The notes beneath the pieces were generated by a model. It worked only from the letters and a program-made list of their open reading frames with translations, searched no databases and was not told the DNA's origin. A stretch of DNA of 64,000 nucleotides from an uncultured bacterium (lineage in GTDB: Bacteria > Babelota > Babeliae > Babelales > Babelaceae): NCBI GenBank assembly GCA_963722385.1, contig CAVRKK010000002.1, positions 1,056,001-1,120,000 of the forward strand. The letters run 5' to 3'. The translations under genes were made by a program, and so were the position numbers. Of this stretch, positions 1 to 9,593 are shown piece after piece; position 1 is the stretch's first letter; each line of letters starts with the position of its first letter.

Positions 1-795
1 CGTTCTGTTTGCAAAGGTGACAATTGCTTGCTTAAGATCTTCTGCGGTTATTTCTGGCCAATAGCAATCAAGAAAACAAAGCTCGCTATATGCTGATTGG
101 TAGGGCAAGAAATTGCTCAGCCGTTTCATGCGGCCGGTGCGAATAATTAAGTCGCACGGCCGGGATGTTGGCAGTCCATAACTGCTCTTCAAAGATGTGG
201 GGAGTAATGTCTTCGGGCTTAAGATCCCTTCCTGCACCGCGCGTGCGATTATGCGTACAGCGTTGATGATTTCTTGCTGGCCTCCATAGCAAAACAAAAT
301 AGAGAGGGTGAGCTTGGAAGCCTTACGGGTCTTTTCTTCTATGTCGTTGATAACCGGTAATAATTGATCAGGAAAGAGTTTTCTATCGCCGACAAACCGC
401 ACGCATACGCCTTGCTTAAGAAGCTCGTTAAGCTCATTGCTTGCAATTTCTTGAGCGAGGGTATTAAACAAGAAGTCAAGCTCTTGTTGTGGCCGCTTGA
501 AGTTTTCGAGCGAAAAAGCATAGAGGGTCAGGTAAGGGATTTTGTGTTCGAGGCAAAATTTGATCGTTCTCTTGACAGGCTCGACACCTGAGCGATGACC
601 AAGCCAAGGGGCAAGCCCGAGCCGACGTGCCCAGCGGCGGTTGCCATCCATGATAATGCCTAGATGGGTAAGGTGATGGTTCTCTAAGGTTTTATCAGGC
701 GACAAGCTTGTCTGGGTTGCGTTAAGGTGCAACTTCCATCCTATATAGCAGGAGCCAACCAAGCAAAGGGTAAGTATCAATATGATTTTTTTCAT
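1..795 (-). CDS. uppS: Undecaprenyl diphosphate synthase (cis-prenyltransferase), 3' end runs off the window
   Basis: Manual translation from ATG at 795 (overlaps the stop of the upstream gene) gives MKKIILILTLCLVG...THLGIIMDGNRRWAR...YAFSLENFKRP...DLIIRTGRMKRLSNFLPYQSAYSEL; not in the ORF track because it is open to the edge; local compensating frameshift near 155-230. Confidence 0.93.
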   Translation of the reverse strand, partial: MKKIILILTLCLVGSCYIGWKLHLNATQTSLSPDKTLENHHLTHLGIIMDGNRRWARRLGLAPWLGHRSGVEPVKRTIKFCLEHKIPYLTLYAFSLENFKRPQQELDFLFNTLAQEIASNELNELLKQGVCVRFVGDRKLFPDQLLPVINDIEEKTRKASKLTLSILFCYGGQQEIINAVRIIARAVQEGILSPKTLLPTSLKSSYGLPTSRPCDLIIRTGRMKRLSNFLPYQSAYSELCFLDCYWPEITAEDLKQAIVTFANRT

Positions 796-1550
796 AAGCT
801 AAATTTAAAAATACGGTTTAACCAAAAAAGACTGTCAACTCTGTGATGCTTTAAGAAAGTTTGTACATACTCATAGGCAGAAAAAGCTTGCTCAGTGACC
901 ATGCTCAGAAGAACCGTACCGGTTGCCAACAAAAGCCTTTCTGCGCAGGCAAGCGGTATAAGGGCAAGCCAAAACTCAGGGGTTGTTGGGTGAGTATAGA
1001 GCCATATAACTGAGCCTACTGCATGAGTGATGAGTGTGCCGGCCAGTGCGTGAATGAACACATTTCTTGTTTTAAGCCAGGGAATAAGAGCAGGAGCGAT
1101 CCACAAGGCCGTGTAGGGTAGCGCTGTGCTGCCTACCTTATGGCACCCGAAGGCGATGATACAGGCTACGACAAGCGAGCTTGCCAAGAAGGCATGGAGC
1201 TTATGCTGCTCTCGGTTTGCCTGGTAGGGCGCGCTACTGGCCATATAGAGGCTTCCTAAAAAACTTGGAACATGATATACTAACAAATTAGGTATAATTA
1301 TTATGAATGCCTTATGAGTGAGGGCTTTGTATCCTATCTGCGCGATAGCGTACAGGATGCTTGATCGTATACAACCAAATCTACCAACTAATGGTGTAAA
1401 GCACTGGGCTGTGGTGAAGAACGCAGCTTGTGTTCCTACGATAGAGCTGATCTTGTAAGAGGCAAGAGCTTGACCCGCGCTTACTAAAGCGATTGATGAG
1501 ATGGTTCGTTTAATTAAATTAAGCATGGTATTTGTGCGCAAGCCTTGCAT
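792..1550 (-). CDS. Multi-pass membrane protein of unknown function (probable start MLNLIK at ~1526)
   Basis: Several hydrophobic segments; ATGA overlap with uppS. Confidence 0.7.
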   Translation of the reverse strand: MQGLRTNTMLNLIKRTISSIALVSAGQALASYKISSIVGTQAAFFTTAQCFTPLVGRFGCIRSSILYAIAQIGYKALTHKAFIIIIPNLLVYHVPSFLGSLYMASSAPYQANREQHKLHAFLASSLVVACIIAFGCHKVGSTALPYTALWIAPALIPWLKTRNVFIHALAGTLITHAVGSVIWLYTHPTTPEFWLALIPLACAERLLLATGTVLLSMVTEQAFSAYEYVQTFLKHHRVDSLFWLNRIFKFSL

Positions 1551-1612
1551 TTGTAGATAAAAGTTAATTATGGATACTTATAGTTTAATGTAATATGGTT
1601 AAGGAAGGAAGC

Positions 1613-2278
1613 ATGAGATATAAAGCAGTTATTTTTGATATGGATGGCACTATTGTTGATACCGAGCGAATTTGGCAAAAAACGGATCAGGTTCTTATTG
1701 AGCGCCGCGGTATAGCATATAGTCCCTTGCTCAAGGAGGAGCTGCATCGGCGGACGCGGGGCTTAGGGACGCGAAAATATTGCTCTATTATTAAAGAAAT
1801 ATTAGGATTGCCTGAGCCGGTTGATCAGCTGGCGCGTGAAAGCACAGCTATAGCTTTAAGCTTATACCGAGACGGGATTGCTTTTATTGACGGTTTTAAA
1901 GACTTTTATGAGAAGCTTGCTCGATTGCAGGTTTATAAGGCTATTGCGACCAATGCTGATGATAGCACAATCCAGATTACTGATGAGGCGGTTGGTCTTA
2001 AGAAGCTGTTTGGTAAGCATATTTATGGTGTTTCAGCTGTTGGCTTTGTTTACAAGCCTGATCCTGCCATATATACGCACGCGGCTATGCAACTTGGCTG
2101 CGACCCCGATGAGTGTATCGCTATTGAAGATTCTGCTTTTGGCATTACTGCTGCCCAGAGGGCGGGTATGTTTTGCATCGGCATTAATACCGCGGATGAT
2201 CCAGAAACAGTCAAATCCGCGCATACGGTTGTTCAGCATTACCAGGAAATCGATCTTAAGCAACTTTTGCAGCATTGA
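1613..2278 (+). CDS. HAD-family phosphatase (beta-PGM/CbbY-like)
   Basis: FDMDGT motif I, ATN, KPDP, IEDS motif IV; AAGGAAGGA RBS before ATG 1613. Confidence 0.92.
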   Translation: MRYKAVIFDMDGTIVDTERIWQKTDQVLIERRGIAYSPLLKEELHRRTRGLGTRKYCSIIKEILGLPEPVDQLARESTAIALSLYRDGIAFIDGFKDFYEKLARLQVYKAIATNADDSTIQITDEAVGLKKLFGKHIYGVSAVGFVYKPDPAIYTHAAMQLGCDPDECIAIEDSAFGITAAQRAGMFCIGINTADDPETVKSAHTVVQHYQEIDLKQLLQH

Positions 2279-2286
2279 GGAGCTTT

Positions 2287-2955
2287 ATGAGTAGTTGGTA
2301 CGGTCCGGCTTTGCCTTCTAAGGTGGACCCTGAGGCGCTGATTATTGCATTTGATTTACATCGTGTTGTTTTTCATCGCAATTTTTTGGCTACGTTCACG
2401 TACCTCATGCGTTTGCATCATAAAGGCCGTGCCCTAGCCCTCGCGCTCAATCCACGGATCTGGTCAATGGTTATGCAGTTGCGCCAAGAAACGACCGTTG
2501 GGGATGAGATTTTTGATAAGCTTATTGAGCGATACCCATCGCTTGCTCGATTTGAGCAAGATTATATTAACCTCGAAAATACACAAATGCCCGATGGCGC
2601 TGTCGTAGATATTATTCAGGAGCTCAAGCAAAAAAAGTTTACTTTGTATATTCTTTCAAATATTGGCCATCGCGCTTATGCTGACCTTTCAAAAAAATTT
2701 TCTTTTATCTTTAGCCTTTTCGATCATGTTTATTTGCCGACTAAAGCGCATAACTATCTCCAAAAGCCTCACGAGCCTTTTTATCATAATTTTCTTGCTT
2801 ATGCAGCCGAGATGGGTGATGGTGGCAAGCAGGTATTGTTTATCGATGATAAAGTGCCAAATTTAGTGGCAGCGGCACTTTGTGGCATATCGGGCATACA
2901 TTTTTGTTCTGCCCACCAGCTGAAAAATCTTCTTCATAAGCTGTTACTTGTATAA
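2287..2955 (+). CDS. HAD-like hydrolase
   Basis: AFDLHRV (degenerate motif I), LSN, KP, FIDD motif IV; GAGGAG RBS. Confidence 0.8.
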   Translation: MSSWYGPALPSKVDPEALIIAFDLHRVVFHRNFLATFTYLMRLHHKGRALALALNPRIWSMVMQLRQETTVGDEIFDKLIERYPSLARFEQDYINLENTQMPDGAVVDIIQELKQKKFTLYILSNIGHRAYADLSKKFSFIFSLFDHVYLPTKAHNYLQKPHEPFYHNFLAYAAEMGDGGKQVLFIDDKVPNLVAAALCGISGIHFCSAHQLKNLLHKLLLV

Positions 2956-2998
2956 TGTTTTGTCTGCTAGGTAGACTGAGCACTCAGAACCAAAAGTT

Positions 2999-3027
2999 TT
3001 GACGTTCTTAAACTCTTTTAATACAGT
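2999..3027 (+). promoter_or_regulatory. Putative sigma70 promoter of ankyrin gene
   Basis: TTGACG-17 nt-TACAGT; the same TTTTGACGTT context recurs at 4160-4188 (TTGACG-17-TAAATT) before the paralogous gene. Confidence 0.5.
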
Positions 3028-3073
3028 GAAAGTGAGTGTCAGCGTTTTATTGTTATAACCTGGAGGGGTTTGT

Positions 3074-4045
3074 ATGAAGCTCAAGAGTTATTCGCGCCAT
3101 ATCTGCGGCGCCCTACTTTTTATGATGGCTGGTGGGGGATCATTTAATACAAGAGCGAATCCGGAGGACGAAAATTTTCCCTATGCATTACATGAAGCTA
3201 TAGCAATAAAGGATACAGCGAATGTTAAAGCATTGTTAGAAGCCATGGATAAAGATACGGCGAGAACGCAAATTAATACTCGGGATGACCGAGGTAGAAC
3301 AGCACTACATAGAGCGGCAGAAGTAGGCTCCGATGACATAATTAAACTGCTGACGGAAAATGGTGCTGACATAAACGCACGCGATAATGAGGATAACACG
3401 CCTTTGCATACGGCAATTGTTGAATCTCGGTATGATGCCATACTGACGTTGCTGCAAGCAGAGAATCTTAATGTTAATGCTGCTAACAAAGGGGGACAGA
3501 CAGCGCTTGATCTTTTAGAGCTTAAGGACGGTAGCGAAGCGGTTCAATCACTCATCGAGACGCTCAAGATGAAAGGCGCTAAAAAATTTGTTGAACTTTC
3601 GGCATCCCTGAGGGCGAGTGATTTTTATCTTTACGAAGAAGAGAAGTTAAATGAAGATCTTGGCGATGAAGATTCTGATGTTGAGAAAACTGTTTATTAT
3701 GAGACAACGAGCTTTACCGATATAGTTAGCGGGGACCCTTCAAAGGGTGATGAGGCTGTTGAATGGGTAGCAAGGAATAAGGCGCCAAAAGGTTTCCCTG
3801 CGCCTGATAGAGAAGGGTACGGGAAAACTCCTAAAGTAAGGAAAAAGATCGTATTTGATTTCGAAGAAAAAAAAGCATGCTGGCGCTCATGCTTGAGCTG
3901 GTCGCCGGTAATGGCAGCTGGAGCTTTTGCTGTTGGCTTGATTGCTTATGCGGCGAAGTTAGCGCGTGATGCTTCTCATGATATTGCGGAAAAATTAGCT
4001 GGCCAAAAGCAAGAGAGCAAAAAGGGCCAAGTTAAGACATCTTAA
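3074..4045 (+). CDS. Secreted ankyrin-repeat protein with acidic linker and C-terminal hydrophobic helix
   Basis: Signal-like N-terminus; GRTALHRAA, NTPLHTAI and GQTALD ankyrin motifs; GGAGG RBS. Confidence 0.9.
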   Translation: MKLKSYSRHICGALLFMMAGGGSFNTRANPEDENFPYALHEAIAIKDTANVKALLEAMDKDTARTQINTRDDRGRTALHRAAEVGSDDIIKLLTENGADINARDNEDNTPLHTAIVESRYDAILTLLQAENLNVNAANKGGQTALDLLELKDGSEAVQSLIETLKMKGAKKFVELSASLRASDFYLYEEEKLNEDLGDEDSDVEKTVYYETTSFTDIVSGDPSKGDEAVEWVARNKAPKGFPAPDREGYGKTPKVRKKIVFDFEEKKACWRSCLSWSPVMAAGAFAVGLIAYAAKLARDASHDIAEKLAGQKQESKKGQVKTS

Positions 4046-4075
4046 AACTTGTCACGCATGTTTTGGTAAACGGAA

Positions 4076-4099
4076 AAGGGCCCCTTTATCGGGGCTCTT
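4076..4099 (+). terminator. Hairpin terminator
   Basis: AAGGGCCCC-tttatc-GGGGCTCTT after the stop. Confidence 0.5.
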
Positions 4100-4236
4100 G
4101 GGCATGTATTTCAGCTACTATTTTGGGCAATAAAGGCCCACAAGAATTACAGAAACTTTTTGACGTTATCGGGTCCTTCTTGTAAATTTTATATGGTTTG
4201 CCTGTCTTCACAACAAATAACTTAAAAGGATTACTT

Positions 4237-5283
4237 ATGGTACCAAGAAAATACTCGATCCAAGCAGGCCTTTTTTTGCTTATGATCGCTGGTGGCCACG
4301 TGTATAAGGCTAAGGCTATGGAGCAAAAAGTTGAAAATTCTGCGTTCGAGTGGCAGAGTCTTGTAACAAAATGTGACTTAAGCGAGCTAAAATTATGGGC
4401 TAATCTTAATAATATTAGTGAGCATATTAATCAGCAAGATCAAGGCGGTCATACCCTTTTACATACGGCTATTATAGCCGAGGCGAAAGAAGATGCTATT
4501 GATTGGTTGCTTGTGAATAAAGCTAATCCGAATCTTCAAACTGTAATGGGTAATACCGCTTTACACCTGGCGATCATGAATGCAGAGAGATCGAGTTGCG
4601 CAGCAATATTAAGGCTCCTCTCGCATGAGAATGTTGATGTTAATCTTATGGACAACGACGGCAATACAATTCTTGATATTGCACAGAAAAAGAAAGTTTT
4701 GGTTAAGGAAATCAAAGCTAAAGGTGGGTTGACGGGCGAACAAGTGCGTCAGCAAAAACAAACTGATGGAGCAAAGACAAGTAATCAGCAAGAAAAAGAA
4801 AAAGAGCAGGAACAGCAAAAAAATACTGACGCAGAACCGTTAACCGAAAAGATGGGGGCTGCGGCTCAGCAAACAGAAGTAAAGAAGGAAATTGCTAAAA
4901 AAGGGAAAGCCAAGCAGCGTGCAGGATTCTTGAAAGCGGAAACATTATCTGAGGGGGCGAGCGGCTTTGGTCCTGGCAACTCAGGCTCTGCCGACAAATC
5001 AATCAATGAAATTGCGGGCAAAAAGAAGAAAGAATTAGGAATTGATCAAGAACCAAAAGACAAGGCGGTACCGGCACGACGCCTAAATCGTTGTTTGCTT
5101 TGTCCCCTCGCTAGTGCTTTAACGGCAGTGACAGCAGCTTTCTATGTCCAAAATTATTGGACTGATGTGCAAGCAGATTTGAAGATGGCAAAAGAATACC
5201 TCAGAGAGCAACTTATAAGCCTTAAAAAAGCTACTGAACAATGGCTGGAGAGTAGGCAAGCGCCTGGAGTCGCCCGCGGCTAG
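4237..5283 (+). CDS. Secreted ankyrin-repeat protein, paralog-like to 3074-4045
   Basis: GHTLLHTAI, GNTALHLAI and GNTILD motifs; charged linker; C-terminal hydrophobic helix; AAGGA RBS before ATG 4237. Confidence 0.9.
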   Translation: MVPRKYSIQAGLFLLMIAGGHVYKAKAMEQKVENSAFEWQSLVTKCDLSELKLWANLNNISEHINQQDQGGHTLLHTAIIAEAKEDAIDWLLVNKANPNLQTVMGNTALHLAIMNAERSSCAAILRLLSHENVDVNLMDNDGNTILDIAQKKKVLVKEIKAKGGLTGEQVRQQKQTDGAKTSNQQEKEKEQEQQKNTDAEPLTEKMGAAAQQTEVKKEIAKKGKAKQRAGFLKAETLSEGASGFGPGNSGSADKSINEIAGKKKKELGIDQEPKDKAVPARRLNRCLLCPLASALTAVTAAFYVQNYWTDVQADLKMAKEYLREQLISLKKATEQWLESRQAPGVARG

Positions 5284-5393
5284 CCAAAGAGACCGTGGTA
5301 TTATATAAATAAGAAAGCCCCGGCAAGAAACCGGGGCTTTCTTATAGCTTGTTTTGAAACACAAGAATATTTTGCTCTTTTTCCAAAAACCTT
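5225..5393. repeat. ~170-bp imperfect direct repeat, copy 1 (gene 3' end + terminator); copy 2 at 7102-7263
   Basis: Shared AAAAAGCT.CTGAACAATGGC...GGCTAGCCAAAGAGA...TATTATATAAATAAGAAAGC...GCTTGTTTTGAAACA...AAAAACCTT. Confidence 0.9.
5311..5343 (+). terminator. Intrinsic terminator
   Basis: Perfect 13-bp stem AAGAAAGCCCCGG/CCGGGGCTTTCTT. Confidence 0.8.
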
Positions 5394-5446
5394 TAAACTT
5401 AAAGCTTAAAGCTCAAAGTCTTATCATAGGGGATGGCAAACAGTAA

Positions 5447-6487
5447 ATGACTATGGCTCAGGGTCGATGGCGCTTTCCTCACCTGCATAATGGGCGTTTT
5501 GCCAGTTATCCGGGAGAAAGAACGAATTCAACATTTTGGCGGGCGCTGCATGCTTTTATGCACTTATTTAAGCGACGGCCCCCCTATCACCCCGAATTAG
5601 ACCCATGGCTTGCCCTTAACAGTCCCCTCCCTCGTTTCCCGATCACCAATGATGCACATATAACCTGGATTGGGCACTCCACTTTTTTGATTACCATTGC
5701 GGGGAAAACGATCTTAACAGACCCTATTTTTGGTACGCTTGTTCACGTGCTCAGCTTTAAGCGAATTACGCCACCTGGCATGACGCTTGCCCAACTACCG
5801 CCCATCGATGCGGTACTTATCTCGCATAATCATCCTGATCATATGGACGAACCGACTCTTCTGGCGCTTAAGGAAGTCCATAACCCCGTTTTTTTAGTGC
5901 CACAAGGTGATAAGCCGTGGTTTGACAAGCGAGGCTTTGAATACGTACATGAGTGTATGTGGTGGGATACGTATAAGCTTTCTAATGAGGTTTCATGTAC
6001 CTTTCTTCCCGCTATCCACTGGTCGCGCCGTGGCATGTTTGATCATAACCGATCTTTATGGGGAGGCTGGATGGTCGAATCGCCAATGCCTAACCCCAAC
6101 ACAATTTATTTTGCTGGTGATACGGCTTATGGAAGCCATTTTAAAGCCATTGCTGAAGCTTACCCACGCATTGACGCAGCTCTTATGCCCATAGGGCCGG
6201 CGGAGCCATATCGCTGGATTCGTTGCTCCCACGTTAATCCTGAAGAAGCGGGCCAGGCATTCTTGGACTTGGGCGCTGATGTTATGATTCCCATGCATTG
6301 GGGCGCCTACTATTTGGGCTCCGAGCAACCACTTGAGCCACTCAATAGGGTTCGTGCCTGGTGGCAGATGCATGCCCGCCATGTTTTAGATAAATCCCTG
6401 CTCTGTATGAAAATGGGACAAACGTGGCCGGTAGCTCCACGGCAGCTTACGCCGATCTCAAGCAAACCAATGGAGCTGATATACTGA
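5447..6487 (+). CDS. MBL-fold metallo-hydrolase, NAPE-PLD/RomA-like
   Basis: TWIGHST, SHNHPDHMD, HWSRRG, YFAGDT and PMHWG motifs. Confidence 0.92.
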   Translation: MTMAQGRWRFPHLHNGRFASYPGERTNSTFWRALHAFMHLFKRRPPYHPELDPWLALNSPLPRFPITNDAHITWIGHSTFLITIAGKTILTDPIFGTLVHVLSFKRITPPGMTLAQLPPIDAVLISHNHPDHMDEPTLLALKEVHNPVFLVPQGDKPWFDKRGFEYVHECMWWDTYKLSNEVSCTFLPAIHWSRRGMFDHNRSLWGGWMVESPMPNPNTIYFAGDTAYGSHFKAIAEAYPRIDAALMPIGPAEPYRWIRCSHVNPEEAGQAFLDLGADVMIPMHWGAYYLGSEQPLEPLNRVRAWWQMHARHVLDKSLLCMKMGQTWPVAPRQLTPISSKPMELIY

Positions 6488-6596
6488 AGTTTTATCGTGA
6501 AATTAAGTAATAAGTCGATAGATTATTGCAATTGGTCAAATAAATTGTTTATACTTATAATGAAATTGCATTATTGTATTATTGATGGAGGATATT

Positions 6597-7154
6597 ATGA
6601 TTATATTTAATAAATCAAATTGCTTGAAAAGTTTGCTTTTTTTAGCCATTCTCGGCACGGGTTATTCCCAGATCAAGCCTAAGATTGATCAAGCTAATAT
6701 TTCAATGCTTGTCTCTAGTTTAGAACACGTTTTTAACAGCATAAATGCGAGAAATTGGGAATCAACTGTTGATCATGATCTTAGGGGTTTAAGTTCTTAT
6801 ACCAAAGAAGAAAATCCGCCTTCTGCTCGAGGGCTTACTAACGATATTCTCGATGACCTGAAGCAAGTGATTGCACTTGCTAAAAATGGTGATCTAGAAG
6901 TAGCTCAAGCTTTGGTTGCTAAAGCACAGAATGAGGTAACCATGTTTGAAAGAGATGTAAAAAGTTTTGTAAGGTCTATTGTGGCACCAGCAGGCGTTCT
7001 CAAGCCTGCTGCGGTATTAGTGCATACGGAAAAGTTTGTCGATGTCTTGGAACGTAGCTTAGCATGGGCTTCTTCAGATATCGAGCGATATAGGAAATTT
7101 GAAAAAGCTGCTGAACAATGGCGCGAAAGTACGCAAGCGCCTATAGTTGGCTAG
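6597..7154 (+). CDS. Secreted hypothetical helical protein
   Basis: GGAGG RBS, signal-like N-terminus; last ~17 aa homologous to the tail of 4237-5283. Confidence 0.75.
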   Translation: MIIFNKSNCLKSLLFLAILGTGYSQIKPKIDQANISMLVSSLEHVFNSINARNWESTVDHDLRGLSSYTKEENPPSARGLTNDILDDLKQVIALAKNGDLEVAQALVAKAQNEVTMFERDVKSFVRSIVAPAGVLKPAAVLVHTEKFVDVLERSLAWASSDIERYRKFEKAAEQWRESTQAPIVG

Positions 7155-7263
7155 CCAAAGAGATCATCGTATTATATAAATAAGAAAGCTCCGGCAAGAA
7201 GTCGGGCTTTCTTATTGCTTGTTTTGAAACATAGGAATATTATGCTCTTTTTCTAAAAACCTT
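7102..7263. repeat. Imperfect direct repeat, copy 2 of 5225-5393
   Basis: Direct visual alignment; the terminator stem is degraded in this copy. Confidence 0.9.
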
Positions 7264-7279
7264 AGCTCGCTTTCGCGAT

Positions 7280-8194
7280 TTAATCGTAAAAATTTTTGGT
7301 CAAGTACGATCGACCGGAATCGGTAAAAAGCGTAACTACCACATCGTTTGGTGTTAGCGTGCGCGCATGTTCTCGCGCTGCATAGGCTGCTGCCCCGCTT
7401 GCTGGCCCAACGAAAAGCCCCTGCTGGTGCGCAAGCTCTTTTAGAATACCAATTGCTTGCTCATCAGAAACTTCTATGAATTCATCAATGCAAGAATCTT
7501 CGACCATAGGCGCATCGTAATCGACGCCGAGACCCTCAAGCTTGTACGGCTTGGGATTCCCCTTGGTGGATCGATAGGATGTTTGCGCATCAACGCCAAT
7601 GACTTTGAGCTGTGGATTTTGCTCCTTGAGGAATTTGCCGGTGCCATTAATAGTGCCACCGGAACCAACTGCTGCGCAAAAATGGGTAATTACCCCCTTG
7701 GTCTGCTGCCAAATTTCGGGGCCTGTTTGCACATAGTGAGCACGTGCATTGTCAAAGTTAAAATATTGATTGAGCATGAATGAATTGGGTGTCTTCTGAT
7801 GCAGCTCAAGCGCTTTGCTATGATACCCATCAGGGTCAGTAAGAGTGTGCGTAACGGGATACTCAATTACGTGTGCTCCATAAGCGCGCAAGCTTTGCTT
7901 TTTTTCCGTGCTTACTTTCTCAGTAACGGTGATGATGACTTTGTACCCTTTGGCAGCGCCGATCATAGCGGCCGCTATGCCCTGATTGCCCGATGAAGCT
8001 TCAATGATGGTGCCGCCCGGCTTGAGCTTCCCCGTACGTTCAGCCTCTTCTATCATAAAGAGTGCGGCTCTGTCTTTGATCGATCCGCTCGGGTTCATGT
8101 ACTCCAGCTTTGCATAAACACGCGCAGGGGTATCAAAGGCAAGCCTAATAAGAGGTGTGTTTCCTATGCTTGGTAAAATGCTCTCGTACATCAT
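7280..8194 (-). CDS. cysK: PLP-dependent cysteine synthase / cystathionine beta-synthase family protein
   Basis: IGNTPL, NPSGSIKDR (PLP lysine), SSGNQG, GSGGT, EGLG. Confidence 0.88.
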   Translation of the reverse strand: MMYESILPSIGNTPLIRLAFDTPARVYAKLEYMNPSGSIKDRAALFMIEEAERTGKLKPGGTIIEASSGNQGIAAAMIGAAKGYKVIITVTEKVSTEKKQSLRAYGAHVIEYPVTHTLTDPDGYHSKALELHQKTPNSFMLNQYFNFDNARAHYVQTGPEIWQQTKGVITHFCAAVGSGGTINGTGKFLKEQNPQLKVIGVDAQTSYRSTKGNPKPYKLEGLGVDYDAPMVEDSCIDEFIEVSDEQAIGILKELAHQQGLFVGPASGAAAYAAREHARTLTPNDVVVTLFTDSGRSYLTKNFYD

Positions 8195-8258
8195 AAAAAT
8201 CTTAATTTGATTGCCTATATGGTTATAGTATAGAAAAAAAGAGCTTTTTGTGCAAAGC

Positions 8259-9410
8259 TTATAAACTGCTATAAAGCTGCTGATGCTTATTGACCATTAC
8301 CGGTATGCTAAACTCGGTTAAGTTATCAGGGTAATGACGCACCGTTATAAAAAGCAGTTCATCAAGCGTGAGGGAGAGCATCCCTTTTGCCATATTTTGC
8401 CAATCATGCTGAGAATAAATAAAACCATTAACGCCGTGATGGACGATGTCACGTATGCCCCCGGTATCGTAGCACATAATAGGTATTCGGGTGAGCCGTG
8501 CCTCAATCAACGCACATGGCAATCCCTCCCACAATGAAGTTAGTACAAAGCAGTGCCACTTTCGCAAAAAAGGACGCACGTCTTTTTGCCAGCCGTGCAA
8601 GATAACAGCTTGCTGTAATCCATTTTTGGTAATCCACTCTTCTATTTCAGGCCGTAATACGCCATCACCGACGATCTCAAGTCGTGTTTGCGCATTGCCC
8701 TCGTGAACGGTTTTAAAGGCTTTGAGAGTATCAAAAATATTTTTTTGAGCTTTAAAGCACACGATTGCGCCGAAAATAAAAGGTTGCCCGTAATCAGGAA
8801 ACGGCGTTGCTTGCCGAGCGGGCACATAAAAGAGCTCCGTGTTAATTGCTGCTCTAATAATTGAGCTCTTCTTTTTAAAGCGGGGCAGTGACCTTATACC
8901 ATTGACCACATCAGCGCTTGAAACGCAGATAAAATGATTGGTAAGCGGTGAGCAAATAAGCTCAATAAAATACATAATAAACCACACAAATGAGTTCTGG
9001 TGCTGATGGAAAGCAAAGCCATGGACCGTATGGATACGCTTTTTAATACGTGCAGCCGTGGCAGCTAATCGTCCAAGTACTCCCGCTTTTGAGCCATGCG
9101 TGTGGACAATAACGTTGGGATGCTTCTTTTTAATGGCGCGCATAATCTTAACAAGCGAAAAAAAAGTTTTGATCTCGCGTAAAAAATTCTTTATACCTAC
9201 TTCGCGCTTGAGCGAATCAAGCAAAAAAACATTCGGTAAATCTTTGACCTCATCAACGAGAAGGCCGTCGGTGCCTGTGATAAGAAAGGTTGTTGAACCG
9301 GCTTTCTGCATCTCGCTAAAGAGTGAAAGACACACTTTCTGTGCCCCCCCAAGCTCAAGCTTGGTAATTATATAAATGATCGGTGGTTGTTGGTAAGTTG
9401 ACATACGCAA
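8259..9410 (-). CDS. Glycosyltransferase family 4
   Basis: ELGGAQ, HTHGSKAG, HTVHG and SLWEGLPCALIEA (EX7E) motifs. Confidence 0.92.
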   Translation of the reverse strand: MRMSTYQQPPIIYIITKLELGGAQKVCLSLFSEMQKAGSTTFLITGTDGLLVDEVKDLPNVFLLDSLKREVGIKNFLREIKTFFSLVKIMRAIKKKHPNVIVHTHGSKAGVLGRLAATAARIKKRIHTVHGFAFHQHQNSFVWFIMYFIELICSPLTNHFICVSSADVVNGIRSLPRFKKKSSIIRAAINTELFYVPARQATPFPDYGQPFIFGAIVCFKAQKNIFDTLKAFKTVHEGNAQTRLEIVGDGVLRPEIEEWITKNGLQQAVILHGWQKDVRPFLRKWHCFVLTSLWEGLPCALIEARLTRIPIMCYDTGGIRDIVHHGVNGFIYSQHDWQNMAKGMLSLTLDELLFITVRHYPDNLTEFSIPVMVNKHQQLYSSL

Positions 9411-9593
9411 TTCTCTAAGGTTAAGTTTAACTGGCTTTTAAGTTTATGCGAAATTTCGGCGAAAGCCAGCTCTGTTTATATAATTTTTAAAATTGTGTTA
9501 TGTGAATCTTAATTTAGCGTACAAAATTATGCTTTTAACGCGATTAATTAGCGATAGAATTATAAAATCACCATGAGCGGTGGTAGGTGAAAA

